From a virus: a stretch of DNA of 64,000 bases. The stretch is from the IMG/VR virus record IMGVR_UViG_3300021961_000019; one strand, 5' to 3'. The notes under the pieces are model-generated. The model was not told the origin of the DNA, searched no databases, and saw only the letters and a list, made by a program, of their open reading frames with translations. Of this stretch, positions 18,582-30,900 are shown one piece after another. Position numbers and translations under genes: made by a program. The stretch's first letter is position 1; the number at the start of each line of letters is the position of its first letter.

Positions 18582-21500
18582 CTATGCTGATGGCTTGAGT
18601 GTTGCAATCGCCCTCAAATCTTTGAGAATTGGTGGCGTTGCTTGGTTTTCTGATGCCATAACGATCTTGATTGCAAAACCGTTGAAGTCGGGCAGATCAT
18701 CAACAGAATACTCATAATCTCTGAAGGATCTGTCGGAAGTTTGAGTAATCTTACTATCTGCAGTTCCATCATTTCTTGACGCATCAACAACTCTCTTGAT
18801 TCCCTGACCATCAACTTGATAGTTGGAATAACCGGGGAAGAATTCGTAGTTCTGTGAAGCCTCTGGGGCATCATCTCTAAAGAGTTGATACAGAACGCGA
18901 ATGTCATTCATATTATTTCTGCTGGCAGTCAACAGAACTTTGAGGGAGTTTGCAGGCAACTTAAGTCTGACTGGTTTTGAAATATAAATTGCTGAGTGCT
19001 TATCCTTATCTAGAGATCTTACAGTATCATCGTCTGCGTAGGTTGCATCTACCCCAATACCAAGTGGATTGTTTACTAGGTTTGTGGATAGAATTGCTCC
19101 CATTTGTGCAGTATCTAATACTGGCGACACTCTCTCATCTGTTGTTTGAAGCAGGAACTCGAACGATAGTGAACGATTTCCAGGAGAATTATCAATAAAT
19201 CTCTCCTCATTTACTCTGGAGCAGAGTAGTCTTGGAGTTGAGAAGTATGTTGAGTCATCTAGGGAGATTTCTGCAAATCCACCATCTTCAAAGGATTTCT
19301 CATTTCCACCAACACTTGTTGCGCTAAATGTGCGAAGTCTTGTGATTAGATTTGTCTTCGCTGGAATGATGTGAGCGATGTTTGGTGTGACCGATTCATA
19401 CTGAATATTATTGGTAAGAATTGTTCCGGATCTACCACCCTGAATTGTGGAGGTCCAGTAAAGATCTGAGCGATCTGATCCAATACCAACACCATCATAA
19501 TCAACATCACTTGTATCAATCTTAATGTGGTAACTGTTTAGATCAATTGGGTGTTGATTACTGACTTCTGCAAAATTGTGAATCTTATTCAATCTACGGA
19601 TCGAGATTCCGTTGAATTCATACTTATAAACCGGCACACCCAACACATAGGATTGTGCTTGAGAACCATCTACTGATGGACCTCTAGTAATTCCAGTTAG
19701 TTTTCCGCCACCCAGTCCAGTATAACCAATGACCTCATTACCAATCTGAACATATCCGGGGTTGGATGCGGAAACATCAACACCCTCAAATTTATCAAAA
19801 CCGGTAGTTGCCGCGATTGAAATTGATGTAGACTCTGCTGCTGCAATTGCTGCAGTTGTTGTGGTATTTACTTCGGTTAGAGATGGTCTAAATTCTGCCA
19901 TCTGCATATAGTTTTCTGGGGAGTGCATCATGTGATTTGAATGATACACCTTCATATGACGACCATCATAATATTGGTCTTCTGTGATGGAATTGACTGT
20001 TACACCCGCACCGACAATAGTTGTAATACCAGCAGAAGTGCGATATCTAAGAGTTGAGAGTCCAACTGTAAATGATCCTTGCACCTCATCCAGGAGGAAT
20101 GAATTGTTTGATGCAATTGTTTCAACGACAACTCTTCCACCAAATCCAACGTTCTGTCCAAGTTCTGGGACAAGGAGTGAATCGCCAACCTGATATCCAA
20201 ATCCGGCGCTGGTAATGGTTACACTATTGATTGTGTTTCCAGTTACTACAACATCTGCGACTGCACCTTGTCCATATCCAGTTTCTGTCTCAAGTGAAAT
20301 ATTTGTGAACGTTCCATTAGTATATCCAGTTCCAGCATTTACAACCGTCACTCCAGTTCCAGTTGTGATGGATCCCGCAACACCGATTAGAACACCAGTT
20401 GCAACTTGAGTGTCAGTTCCATCAAGTTGAATGATATTAACTCCAGGAACAACATCTGCAACATAACCAGAGGTTTCTGCAATACTTACCAGAGTTCTCT
20501 TAGCAAGTGGGCGGAATTGGTTTGGACCAACTACTGTTGTAACAGGATTTCTCAAATCGAGTTTTGGATTATAGAATCTAGTCAAACCTTCTTCAACAAA
20601 GGATGCTCTGTTGATTCTATACTTCAGATCCTCAATCTGTGCAGGAGACCATGTTGAACCATTTTGGGACTTGAATAGACTTCCGAGTGATGGTTGCTCA
20701 GAAAGTTTAATTCCGGTTTGAATGTCGTTTTGTCCCAATTCAGCAACGAATACCCTGTAGTTGGGGCTATTTGCCTGAAGAACAATCGCAAATTGGGATG
20801 TTTGTTGACTTCCAATCGGTGCCTGTCTTACACTCTGCACTCTTGGCCCTGGCAGATATACTGGAGATGGTAGAGTGAATCTGGTTGCAACTGAACCATC
20901 ACCACTAACCGAAACTTGATCAGGGGTTAAAGTCACCTCAGATAGTGGAAGTACAATTTGACTGGGAACTCCAGCGATCATTGGACGAAGTTGGAAAGTG
21001 ACTGGAATAGTCTCATCCTTGGTTTCAAAGTAAATATCTACGGAAGTAATAAAGACGCCAGTATCATCGGGAACATAGAATGATTGTGCCAGAGGATCTC
21101 CCTTAGGCCAATTTCTTACTGGACGTGGTTCCTGTGGAACGGGTTCATGTGTTGTTGTATTTGTAATTGTAGTTACATTTCTGTTTCTGGCAGGAATGAT
21201 CGTAATATTTCTTGTGGTAATGATGTTAATTTCAGTAATCTCTCTAGTACCACCTGACATATATTCTGCTTCAGCAGAACTTTCACTTACTTTGGTGTTT
21301 GAGATAAATTCTTGATTTCTATCACCAAGGAGATCTAGTGATGGAACATCAACCACCATGAAAGTATTTTCACCATTAATCCACTGTGGATTACCTTGAA
21401 CTGCTGGGTCTGGAATGAATAGCGATCCAATCAATCTTCCGCCATTGTCTGAAACCAAACGAATGTTGCTCTTTACAACCGCAACAGCACCGGAAGATGC

Positions 21501-24500
21501 ACCAATCAATCTCATATTTGGTTTTACCAAACCAGAATACTCTGTTTCTGATGGAAGTTGAAGTGCTCTTGTATCTACATTCAGGAATGTTGAAGATTCG
21601 CTATAATCTGATGGTGGAGCAGATTGTGTATATGGAATCAGTTCATATGTTTCTGCTGGGTTGTTGTGTGGTCCAGTCTTATGATTTGGTGTACAAAGTC
21701 TAAATCTAATATCACCACCGGTAAAGTGTGGATCAACTGTAACAGTCTCACCAACTTGGAATCTGCCAGATTCCATCTCAATTTCAAGAAGTTTTGGTGT
21801 ATAATATTCGTTTACATCAATACCCTCGAAGAATGACCAGAATCTTGATACTGGTCTCAGACCCTTAACATCAAATTCAACGTTTCTGCTTCTAGCAAAT
21901 CTAATAGTCTCTGTCCAAGAATTGGTCTGAGTTTCTGTAGATTCTTCAACGATAATTTCCTCAGGAATTATTGTTGTGACAGTATTGCTTGTGGTAGTTG
22001 TCGTTGGTCTGGTTTCAATCTCCTCACCGGGAATAGTTTCTACAGTTCTGGTTGCACCAATCCAAACTCTCTGCTGACTTCCGTTCTGAACATCGATGGC
22101 AGTTGTAAATTCTGTCGTCTCGTTTTGTCCATTTGTGAAGGTTCCAGTTTCTCTACCAGCAAATACTCTCTGATCGCCATTTCTAACGTTGACACCACGA
22201 CGGCTTGTAATATTTGCGTTTGTTGGGGGAACATCGGTATTTGCAAATCCAGGATCGCTGACGTTTCCGGAACCAACAGTGACCCTTTGTGGCGGATTTT
22301 GTACATCAATTCCTGCCCATCTTTGTCCAGAACTATTTGTTCTTGCTCCAATAACAACTCTCTGTGGTCCATTTTGTACAACAAGACCAGTAAATCTTGT
22401 AGTAGTTCTTGTTCTTGGCGGAGTTGTTCTAACTGGAGCATCGACAACAACGTTTTCTGTAATTGTAATATTTTCGTCTGGAAGAACCGTAGTTGTTGTA
22501 TTTTGAACTAGGTGATGAGTTACAAACTCACGCTCTTCAACCCAAATGTCAATTGGTGGGTGAAGCTCAATCCAACCCTCCCAATACCTCACTAGGAATG
22601 GAGTTACGCTCTCAGTCTTTGTTGCATATGGTTGCTCATTATACAATACTTCATTATATGAAAGAGTGACCAAATCGCCAGTCTTTCTGATCGCAACGTT
22701 GCCAAGATCTGTAACAAAACTGTGGTCCAGAGTTGGGTCATAAACAGTAGATACGCCATCAATAACTTGAGATCCAATCTGTAAATCAACCATAGTGGTA
22801 TGGTGATTTGGTCTCAGAGTTGCTGTTGTTTTATCTACAGTAGATCTAAAATTAATATTTCTAGTATCTTGGAAATCGTAATTGTGGAATCCATCTACAA
22901 AGAAACCACACTTAAATCTATCAAGTCCAGTTTCAGCATCACGAATTTGGAAGTTCTCAGTCTTTTGCTCAAGCATGTTGAGCGTACTGTACTTCTCAAG
23001 ACGGTGAACACGTCTTTCAAGAAGAGTAATATCGGACATTCGATATCTCTTATGTGTTGACATATCGATGCCAACACTTGGGATATTGTACACGAATGGT
23101 GGAATATAGACCGTAGCAATATCTAAAGCATTTGCTTTGAGTGGCGGTGGAACAGGAGTATCTGATGGATTTCCTTGAGACACTTCAAATTGTCCGTTTG
23201 GATTGAGGAATACCCTATCAATTCTACCAAGATAATATGTAATCGTTGTGACGAGTGTTTCGTCTGGTGCCAAAATATACTTAGAATATTGTCCATCAGA
23301 TGCAAAGTTTCTTGCACCAAATTCAAATGGAGATTTGGTGCTTGAAAGTAAATATTCAGCAACACGGGGACGAATATCAATAAAATCGGTCAGTCTTGAT
23401 CCATTCCACAGATATACATCATGTTTATAGTTTTCTTCAGAATAACTATTCGCAGTAATAAATTCTCCAGTATCATCTGCATCAATTTTATAATTTTGGA
23501 AAACAATCTTCAGTTTTCCTTTTGGTGCAATAACATTCTTCTTCCTGGTTATTCTTCCATAATCATAAATTGTATCTCTCTGACCAGTATCTGCGGAGAA
23601 GTTTTTAGTTATATTCTTGGATCCGGATGAAATTGCTATAATAACTGCTTGTGTTGTACTGTCCTTACCAGTAATAACTTCATTTTCTCTGAATCTAAAT
23701 CCATTTAGATAAACATATTCTAGTTTGTCAGTATCTCTTCTAGCAACAACTAGTGCAGTGGCTCCAGATGAAGATCCAACTACCCACTCACCAAGTTCAA
23801 AGTCTGCATTATTATTGCTTACACCTGTAAATGATGTTAATTGTAGTGTTGGTAGAGATGGATCTGTGGCATCATCAGACTCATATACTGCAAGAACTCT
23901 TACAACATCGGGAACGTTCAGACAAATCTCTGCATCCTGAACTCTGGTTCCATAGATGTTGCTATATGTGAGTCCATCATTCAGAGTTGTTGTTCCAATT
24001 CCAGAGGATGCGTTAGATGACCTAGCAACAATAAGGGTGCTAGTTTTTTGGAGTTTCTTGGTCTTTGAATTTGGTTTTAGGTTTTTAACTGTTGTGATTA
24101 CATCTGCAACAGCAGTTGTCTTGGTCAAACCATAGAAAGTCAATACCTTAGCATTTGCTGATAGATTAAACTTATCTCTTCTGAGTGGTTCGATTGTGCC
24201 ATCAGAATATGTAATTACAAAGCGATCTTCATCAAATGACTCAAAGTAAATATCTTTATCGTTGGCATCAATTGTTATAGAGAGGGAATTGTCAGCAACT
24301 GAAATGTTTGGATATAGCCTTCTCTGAACAACTTCACCCTCTTCAATACTTAAGGATGTTACGTTATTTGCAGTAAGTCTGGTTAAGAGCGAAGAACTTA
24401 GTGGTACAGATGGGGAACGCTTAATGATATTTTGTACAGTTCTTGTTGATGTTGGTAGAGCACCGTTACAAATTCCAGACACGGTTGTTACACCAGTAAC

Positions 24501-26390
24501 TGTAAACTCGGTGCCATCAGGAGATACTGATAGAACCTTATTATAAATTTGATCTCCGGTAAATGTTGAAGATGGGTATGAAATAATATCTCCAGGTTTT
24601 ACAATACCAGTATAGGTGTTTTCCAATCCTGACGTGATGGTTGAGATATTGCCAACACCAAGAGTGATTTGGAAAGTTGTGCCTGGCTTAGCAATATAGG
24701 ATCTCTTATTCAGAAGGAGGTCAGCATTAAATGTTGAAATTCCACTATTTGTATATACAGACTTGATATCATTAATACTATAATCTGTGGAATTGGCAAT
24801 TAGTCTACCATCATCAACACCATTAATGATGATCTGCTCATTATCTAAGAAAGATCCATTGATTTCATAAAGTGTCAACTCGGTAGAAGCTGTTACATCA
24901 CTTACCAAATAACCACCAGCTTGACTCTTTTTACCAACAATACGTGCTGGAGCACTTAATGTAATTGGTGTGGTTAGAGTAATTTTGGTATAAGTTTGAA
25001 TATCAATTAATCTCAGATCCAGTCTACTCTCATCATTCACATAATCTGTTTCTGGAATGAAATCAAATACTCTTGCAATACCAATTGTTGTTCCTGTAGC
25101 AACATGTGCAGATCCACCAATTCGGGAATCCATTAAACTAATAGTTGCTGTTGTTCCCAAACCTACCGCAGGAGAACCATACGCATTGTGAACGATGAAT
25201 AAATTACCACCATTAAAACTGATCGCTTGATCGCTGATAGTTCTTGTCGTTCTTGCCTTTGGAACATCCAATAGACGTGCGGAGATAGTCTCTACGTCAT
25301 ATCCACTTACATATGCTTTTCCGGGACCAATCTGATACACCATTTGATCTTCACTTGGTGTATTTCCATTGACAGTCGTTTGACCTTCAAAGTATACTCC
25401 ATTTACTCTAGCTCTATCGTTGATACTTTCTCTTACGATAAAACTGAATGGCTTTACGAAATAATTTCCAGACTCATCATATGTTCTTCTTGCCAACTCA
25501 TCTCTAATGAGATTGTATTGCGCATTCTTCTCAAAGAACTGTGGTTGACCATCATCAACGCGCATGACCTCAACAAAACTATCTGTGTCGAGATCAGTTA
25601 GTTCCCTCTTTGATAATTCGAGCTCTAATTTAAAACGATCAGCACCGGGAGCGGCATAGTTAGAGTATCCCTGTGCATTATCGAACAGAGAATTATCTTC
25701 TCCTGCGGTCACAACGGATTCAATTACATTAAAACCAACCTTATATGATGGTCTAGTTCCATATTGGTCGAGCAAAATTCTTTGCTCTGCAACACGCGCA
25801 AAGAAACCTCTCACAAAGTATGTTCCGCTTGCAACAATTACAGATGAACCCTCTGAGGTTGCATCTGTGGAAATTGTGTCACAAACTCCTTGCCCAACAG
25901 GAATTGTGGAATTTCCGAATGTCAGTGCTGTCTCCAATAAAAGAGTTTCGCCACTGGCAAATGTTTTTATTGTAAAATCTGACCCACCACTTTCAAGATA
26001 TCTCACATAGATGGTATTTGTTCCTCTTTCAGACTCTGATGCCTTGAGAACGTAATATACCTCAGCCGTAACACCTGTGGTTGCTCCTCTAAGTTTTTTA
26101 CCTAAAAGATTCTCAAAATATAATGAAATTGGAGTGCCATTATACGAATCATTCAGTTCAACCGCGTTTATTGGGTTGTCATAACGCAATTGACCGGGAA
26201 TTACTACAGACCCTTCCTTAAAGATGTGCTTTCCAAACTGTTCAGTCTGATTCTGAAGCATCGACTGAAGGGTTGTTAGTTCCCTCGCCTGAATGGGAAC
26301 CCCAGGATTGAATAGAACCTTGTAATAATTATTACTAGGATCAAAATCATCAAAATATGGCGAAACGTTGAGATTAGATTCTTGGGGCAT
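18582..26390 (-). CDS. Large virion structural protein (DUF4815 / VrlC-like)
   Basis: 2602 aa; NLNVSPYFDDF, YYKVLFNPG..QARELTTLQS, GLDRFKCGFFVD, DPLAQSF...GVFITSVDIYF, LGSLFKSQNGSTW. Confidence 0.9.
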   Translation of the reverse strand: MPQESNLNVSPYFDDFDPSNNYYKVLFNPGVPIQARELTTLQSMLQNQTEQFGKHIFKEGSVVIPGQLRYDNPINAVELNDSYNGTPISLYFENLLGKKLRGATTGVTAEVYYVLKASESERGTNTIYVRYLESGGSDFTIKTFASGETLLLETALTFGNSTIPVGQGVCDTISTDATSEGSSVIVASGTYFVRGFFARVAEQRILLDQYGTRPSYKVGFNVIESVVTAGEDNSLFDNAQGYSNYAAPGADRFKLELELSKRELTDLDTDSFVEVMRVDDGQPQFFEKNAQYNLIRDELARRTYDESGNYFVKPFSFIVRESINDRARVNGVYFEGQTTVNGNTPSEDQMVYQIGPGKAYVSGYDVETISARLLDVPKARTTRTISDQAISFNGGNLFIVHNAYGSPAVGLGTTATISLMDSRIGGSAHVATGTTIGIARVFDFIPETDYVNDESRLDLRLIDIQTYTKITLTTPITLSAPARIVGKKSQAGGYLVSDVTASTELTLYEINGSFLDNEQIIINGVDDGRLIANSTDYSINDIKSVYTNSGISTFNADLLLNKRSYIAKPGTTFQITLGVGNISTITSGLENTYTGIVKPGDIISYPSSTFTGDQIYNKVLSVSPDGTEFTVTGVTTVSGICNGALPTSTRTVQNIIKRSPSVPLSSSLLTRLTANNVTSLSIEEGEVVQRRLYPNISVADNSLSITIDANDKDIYFESFDEDRFVITYSDGTIEPLRRDKFNLSANAKVLTFYGLTKTTAVADVITTVKNLKPNSKTKKLQKTSTLIVARSSNASSGIGTTTLNDGLTYSNIYGTRVQDAEICLNVPDVVRVLAVYESDDATDPSLPTLQLTSFTGVSNNNADFELGEWVVGSSSGATALVVARRDTDKLEYVYLNGFRFRENEVITGKDSTTQAVIIAISSGSKNITKNFSADTGQRDTIYDYGRITRKKNVIAPKGKLKIVFQNYKIDADDTGEFITANSYSEENYKHDVYLWNGSRLTDFIDIRPRVAEYLLSSTKSPFEFGARNFASDGQYSKYILAPDETLVTTITYYLGRIDRVFLNPNGQFEVSQGNPSDTPVPPPLKANALDIATVYIPPFVYNIPSVGIDMSTHKRYRMSDITLLERRVHRLEKYSTLNMLEQKTENFQIRDAETGLDRFKCGFFVDGFHNYDFQDTRNINFRSTVDKTTATLRPNHHTTMVDLQIGSQVIDGVSTVYDPTLDHSFVTDLGNVAIRKTGDLVTLSYNEVLYNEQPYATKTESVTPFLVRYWEGWIELHPPIDIWVEEREFVTHHLVQNTTTTVLPDENITITENVVVDAPVRTTPPRTRTTTRFTGLVVQNGPQRVVIGARTNSSGQRWAGIDVQNPPQRVTVGSGNVSDPGFANTDVPPTNANITSRRGVNVRNGDQRVFAGRETGTFTNGQNETTEFTTAIDVQNGSQQRVWIGATRTVETIPGEEIETRPTTTTTSNTVTTIIPEEIIVEESTETQTNSWTETIRFARSRNVEFDVKGLRPVSRFWSFFEGIDVNEYYTPKLLEIEMESGRFQVGETVTVDPHFTGGDIRFRLCTPNHKTGPHNNPAETYELIPYTQSAPPSDYSESSTFLNVDTRALQLPSETEYSGLVKPNMRLIGASSGAVAVVKSNIRLVSDNGGRLIGSLFIPDPAVQGNPQWINGENTFMVVDVPSLDLLGDRNQEFISNTKVSESSAEAEYMSGGTREITEINIITTRNITIIPARNRNVTTITNTTTHEPVPQEPRPVRNWPKGDPLAQSFYVPDDTGVFITSVDIYFETKDETIPVTFQLRPMIAGVPSQIVLPLSEVTLTPDQVSVSGDGSVATRFTLPSPVYLPGPRVQSVRQAPIGSQQTSQFAIVLQANSPNYRVFVAELGQNDIQTGIKLSEQPSLGSLFKSQNGSTWSPAQIEDLKYRINRASFVEEGLTRFYNPKLDLRNPVTTVVGPNQFRPLAKRTLVSIAETSGYVADVVPGVNIIQLDGTDTQVATGVLIGVAGSITTGTGVTVVNAGTGYTNGTFTNISLETETGYGQGAVADVVVTGNTINSVTITSAGFGYQVGDSLLVPELGQNVGFGGRVVVETIASNNSFLLDEVQGSFTVGLSTLRYRTSAGITTIVGAGVTVNSITEDQYYDGRHMKVYHSNHMMHSPENYMQMAEFRPSLTEVNTTTTAAIAAAESTSISIAATTGFDKFEGVDVSASNPGYVQIGNEVIGYTGLGGGKLTGITRGPSVDGSQAQSYVLGVPVYKYEFNGISIRRLNKIHNFAEVSNQHPIDLNSYHIKIDTSDVDYDGVGIGSDRSDLYWTSTIQGGRSGTILTNNIQYESVTPNIAHIIPAKTNLITRLRTFSATSVGGNEKSFEDGGFAEISLDDSTYFSTPRLLCSRVNEERFIDNSPGNRSLSFEFLLQTTDERVSPVLDTAQMGAILSTNLVNNPLGIGVDATYADDDTVRSLDKDKHSAIYISKPVRLKLPANSLKVLLTASRNNMNDIRVLYQLFRDDAPEASQNYEFFPGYSNYQVDGQGIKRVVDASRNDGTADSKITQTSDRSFRDYEYSVDDLPDFNGFAIKIVMASENQATPPILKDLRAIATLKPSA

Positions 26391-26396
26391 GATACT

Positions 26397-27956
26397 TTAG
26401 AATTGCAAAATTACTTTGATATCTTCTTTTTGATTAGCCGATCTTGTAATCGAAGGTCTATTGTCAACGTAAATGATATTACCAGAGTGGGGTTTTACCT
26501 CGGGATCAGATAAACCACTTACGAAAGTTTGACCAAGATAATATGTCTTATTATTTATCACCGCACTGGCACCGTTAAATGTGGTGTCAATGTCAAAATA
26601 TGTGATTCCATCTTCCTGGTAAATCTTGGTATCACCGCCAGTTGCAATTGCAGTTGTAAATCCAGCTAGATTAAATCCATATGCTGGCGATGAATTTTGT
26701 GACCCATCTGTATTAAAACCAACTAAGGTTCTATCTTGCCAATACTTCAAAATGCCCGTTGCTTGTTCATATGCAACAACTCTTCCCACTGCAGTCTGTC
26801 CAGTGCCCACAGTCTGAGTGATGAAACTATCTCCAGCAAATACTGCTGAACTATAACCAGCACCTGTCAATTTGATTGCTCCTAATGCAGATGCTTTCTC
26901 AGATGTTAAAACTGTTGATGAATTGTATGCCTGTGGAGACTCTACAATACCAATTCTTGCAATTTGGTTTCCTGTAATAAAGTCTGGATTTTGAATATCG
27001 TTAGAAATTCTGGAATAAATCAGAACATTATATGCACCCAATTCTCTATAAATGTCCGCACCGTGTCCACCAGATGGAGGAATAACCACTTCAAATTCCG
27101 GATTTGTTGTTCCGGTGGGAACTCCACCAGCAACTAGATCAACCGTCCCATAAGTATATCCTGAACCACCATCTGAAATAACAATTCTTTCTACTGTGGA
27201 ATCATTATTAATAACAATAGTTGCTTTAGCACCCGCACCATCACCATTAATGGGAACATCCGAATATGTTACATTTGGACTTCCAAGTGCAACGCCACGG
27301 TTCTTAATTAGAATGGTTTTTAGTTGACCACTAGTTTCTGCATTCTCTCTAACTGCTGCATTATCTGCACTTGTTGTCCAATCCTTTGGAACTGGAATGA
27401 AGTTTAGGGAGTCAAATTTTACAATATCTGTTGGATTGATTGTATAAAGATACTTCCAAATATATCCGTCACCGCTATTACCAGCAGATCTTGGTTCCAA
27501 ATCTGTGAATTTTGGTTCATCAAGAGATGGTCTACCTTGACTATTTTCTGGATCCTGTCCGTTGTTCAAACAGATATAAACTCGAAAATCGCTATTAATT
27601 ACATAAAAGTTTGACGTATATAAGCTAGTCGCCCCTGAAGGTTCTGATGGATTGGTTCTGCTGATATTATGACGATATATGTCATAAGTAACACCAGAAG
27701 TCCATTCATTTTTCCTGATGACTTGCTTAATGTCTTCAGGTTTAATTTTAATCATGGACACCATAGTATCCCAGTAATTATTTTCTTCGTCAAAACTATC
27801 TTTCGGAGCGGGAGGTGCAGTATCCCAATTCGATTGAACGTCAGTTGCGTTGGGTAATCCAACAAAAACATAATAAGCATTATCCGAAGACGAAACTTCA
27901 CTAATGAAAGTCTTCGCATTCAAAATTCTTAGTTGGTCAGTGATGATCGCAGACAT
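26397..27956 (-). CDS. g8: Baseplate wedge subunit gp8
   Basis: MSAIITDQLRILNA, VRKNEWTSG..YD.Y, FYVINSDFRVYICLNNG, DGYIWKYLY; ends EDIKVILQF. Confidence 0.93.
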   Translation of the reverse strand: MSAIITDQLRILNAKTFISEVSSSDNAYYVFVGLPNATDVQSNWDTAPPAPKDSFDEENNYWDTMVSMIKIKPEDIKQVIRKNEWTSGVTYDIYRHNISRTNPSEPSGATSLYTSNFYVINSDFRVYICLNNGQDPENSQGRPSLDEPKFTDLEPRSAGNSGDGYIWKYLYTINPTDIVKFDSLNFIPVPKDWTTSADNAAVRENAETSGQLKTILIKNRGVALGSPNVTYSDVPINGDGAGAKATIVINNDSTVERIVISDGGSGYTYGTVDLVAGGVPTGTTNPEFEVVIPPSGGHGADIYRELGAYNVLIYSRISNDIQNPDFITGNQIARIGIVESPQAYNSSTVLTSEKASALGAIKLTGAGYSSAVFAGDSFITQTVGTGQTAVGRVVAYEQATGILKYWQDRTLVGFNTDGSQNSSPAYGFNLAGFTTAIATGGDTKIYQEDGITYFDIDTTFNGASAVINNKTYYLGQTFVSGLSDPEVKPHSGNIIYVDNRPSITRSANQKEDIKVILQF

Positions 27957-27975
27957 TATTCAACAGTTTTTTATC

Positions 27976-27982
27976 TATTTAT
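27976..27982 (-). promoter_or_regulatory. Late promoter (ATAAATA)
   Basis: Exact consensus 20 nt upstream of g8. Confidence 0.75.
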
Positions 27983-27987
27983 CAACT

Positions 27988-30900
27988 TCATTCATACCCC
28001 TTAAATCTAAGATTATTGTATCTTCTCAATACTGGATAGGTATTTTCATCGGTAGTTGTTGTATTTCTAACTACTGCTGTGTGAGTGACCTTGGAATATG
28101 GAGTCAAATCAACTCCACTCTCTACCTGCACACCCCAGACCGCAAAGATGCAATTGTTGGAGTTTTCGTTGTAGACGACAAAGTTGTGTGCAGTAGACGC
28201 TCCAGCGTTGAATGTAAACGATGCTCTATACCAACCATCACTTTGTGGGACTAGAGTTTCATTAAATGTTGTTCCGGTCTTATTTGTGATTGTTGGAATT
28301 ACGGCGTCGAAGTTGACTGATACTGATGCGGTAGTTCCGGTTGTGGATCCAAAGTATATTGCCAAAGTGCCTAGGTCTGGTTTGATGTAAACACTATATG
28401 TGTAATCTGTTCCGGAAGCAAGAACTGCGGTTGAATTTAGCAGTCCAGTATCTGCGGCAGTTGTTGTAATTTCTGCACCGTATGTTTGTGAGAATGGTGC
28501 CAACTGTGATGTATAATCAAGTGTTACTCCACCTGTATTTGTCCATCCAGATTCAAATTCACTATACGTGAGGAGATTTTCTCCTCTATATGCACCAATA
28601 TTTTTCTTAAGAACCCTATCTAAGTTAAACAGTCTTCCCCATGAATATTGTCCATAGTAAGTGCTATGAGCGATTCCAGATAGGAAATCGTCATAGTTGG
28701 AGACCTTAGTTGTAACTTTAGCAACCCAAGTCAATCCAAGTCCAACTGCTTCTGTTTGTGCGATAGAAACTGCCTCTGCCTTAAAGATATTGTTGATAAA
28801 TGTTGTTCCAATTCCGAGTGGGGAATCGTCACTTTCCAAGGAAATAATTGTATCACCAATATTTGACTCGTGAAGCACGAAGTAATATCCTGTTTGAATT
28901 CCACTAATTCCTGTTGTTGCAACACCAACAACGCCATTCACATATGTATCGCGAAGGAAAGAATTTTCTGGAATTACGAAGTCAAAGACTAATCCAGTTG
29001 TAACACCAGTATATGATGTTGTTCCAATTCCAGAAATAATTCCAAAATCTCCTTCATACGACACAGACATCAATTCTTTGTTGATAGATGGTTCTTCAAA
29101 GATAATTGGTGGTGCAAGAACTCCAGAAACCTCAAGAGTTAATGCGCTACTGAGAATTAAATCTGCACCTTCATAATTGACAACTTTAACAACGAGTTGA
29201 TCATCTTCATGGTAGTTGTATCCACCACGAACAATTTCAACGTCAAGCAAACTGCCATTTAGAATAGTGACATTGGCCAAAGCGTTTGAACCATCGCTAA
29301 ATTTATTTCTCAATCTTACATTTGAGAATGTATATGCGAGACCAGTATTTGGCCAACCAGTTCCAGAATCTAGAACCACCAGACTTTCTATTGGTGAGTT
29401 TGAATACCCAATACCAGCGTTGGTGATGAATGTGCTTGCGATTGTTCCGGAGGTTGTGACACCAACTGTTGCAGTTGCCCTATCCTCAGTTCCAATACCA
29501 GCACTAATACCAACTGAAATTTCTGGACTTTGATCATTATCATATCCAACACCGCCATTTGTTATGGTAATGTTGGTCACAGATCCAATACCTGAAGATA
29601 TTGTGCAGGTTCCTGCAGCAGCAACAACATACTTGTGCTCATGAATCAATACATCATGTTGATTCTCCTGAAGAACTGCAGGATATTCCTTATCGTGGTC
29701 AAAGAAAGTCTTGACATTATCAACAAAAATCTCAGTAGATGCTATAGAAACGTCCTTGATGATTCTTGTAGTTGGGAAAATATTTGCCTCATAAAGCTCC
29801 CTATCCTTACCAACTTCTTCTCCATTCAGAATCAAGTCAACAGTCTGCCTTGTCCAGTTGAGGGGTCTTTCATATGTTTCGTCGGGGTTGATTCCAGCAC
29901 CAAAATAGATATTTGTTGTAACAGCATCTGTTGAAACAATATCCGTGACAAGTCTGGTTTCTTCCTGATAAATGATGTTTCCATCATTCAGGATTACCTT
30001 ATCTCCAACCTTAATGCTGTCGAGGACTTCAACATCAATAGTATCAATCTCAGATGTTCCCCTATAGAATATGATTGAACAGTTATCACCAAATCTTGGG
30101 GCAGTTGAGAACCTAATAGTTGAACCACCATCAAATGTATATGCGTCTCCTGGGACCTGTAAGACGTTGTTGAGGAACACTAGGAGTAGTGCGTCCTCGC
30201 GAACGTCAGAACCGGTTCTAGAGCGAATACTGGTTCTTTCACCATTGATTGAAAGTGGGAAATTAACATCAACGTTGTTGAAAAGTGAATCAATAGAATC
30301 CAATACTTGAAGATCGCCAATTGACCACCCAGCAAACTCATCAGATGCGATTGCTTCAACCGTAATTTGGAATTCTGAGAACGAATAAGACGTATCAGTT
30401 GGAATTCCGGTAAGTCCTCCAATAGGTACAGTTAGAACCTCTTCATTGCCATATGCATATCCAAAGTTCTTAATTTCAAAGCTGATTACGCTGGAACCCT
30501 GCCCAACAACAATATCAATTGTTGCCTCCGTCCCAATACCAGTTGTCGGTGATGATGCTGAATACTGAAGAGGAATGTTGCTATAGTGAAGAGGTGCGTC
30601 AAAAATTACAAGTGGTTCATTTGTATTTGTATATCCAGATCCTGGATTTGTGATGACATAATCTGTAGAAATTCTACCAGCAACGATTGTTGTGAATCCA
30701 ATAAATTCATAATTGCCAATATTTGTTTGGGCAACACCAATATTAACAATACCAGCGGTTGGATTGTTTAGATTGATATGCGCAGTAGAACCAGATTCAA
30801 TTGCAATTGCTGGAACATCACCAGACCCAACTGTAACGAATGTATCGCCAACGCTGACAATTGATACGTCAGTTAATGCAGAACCAACGCTAATTGTGTT

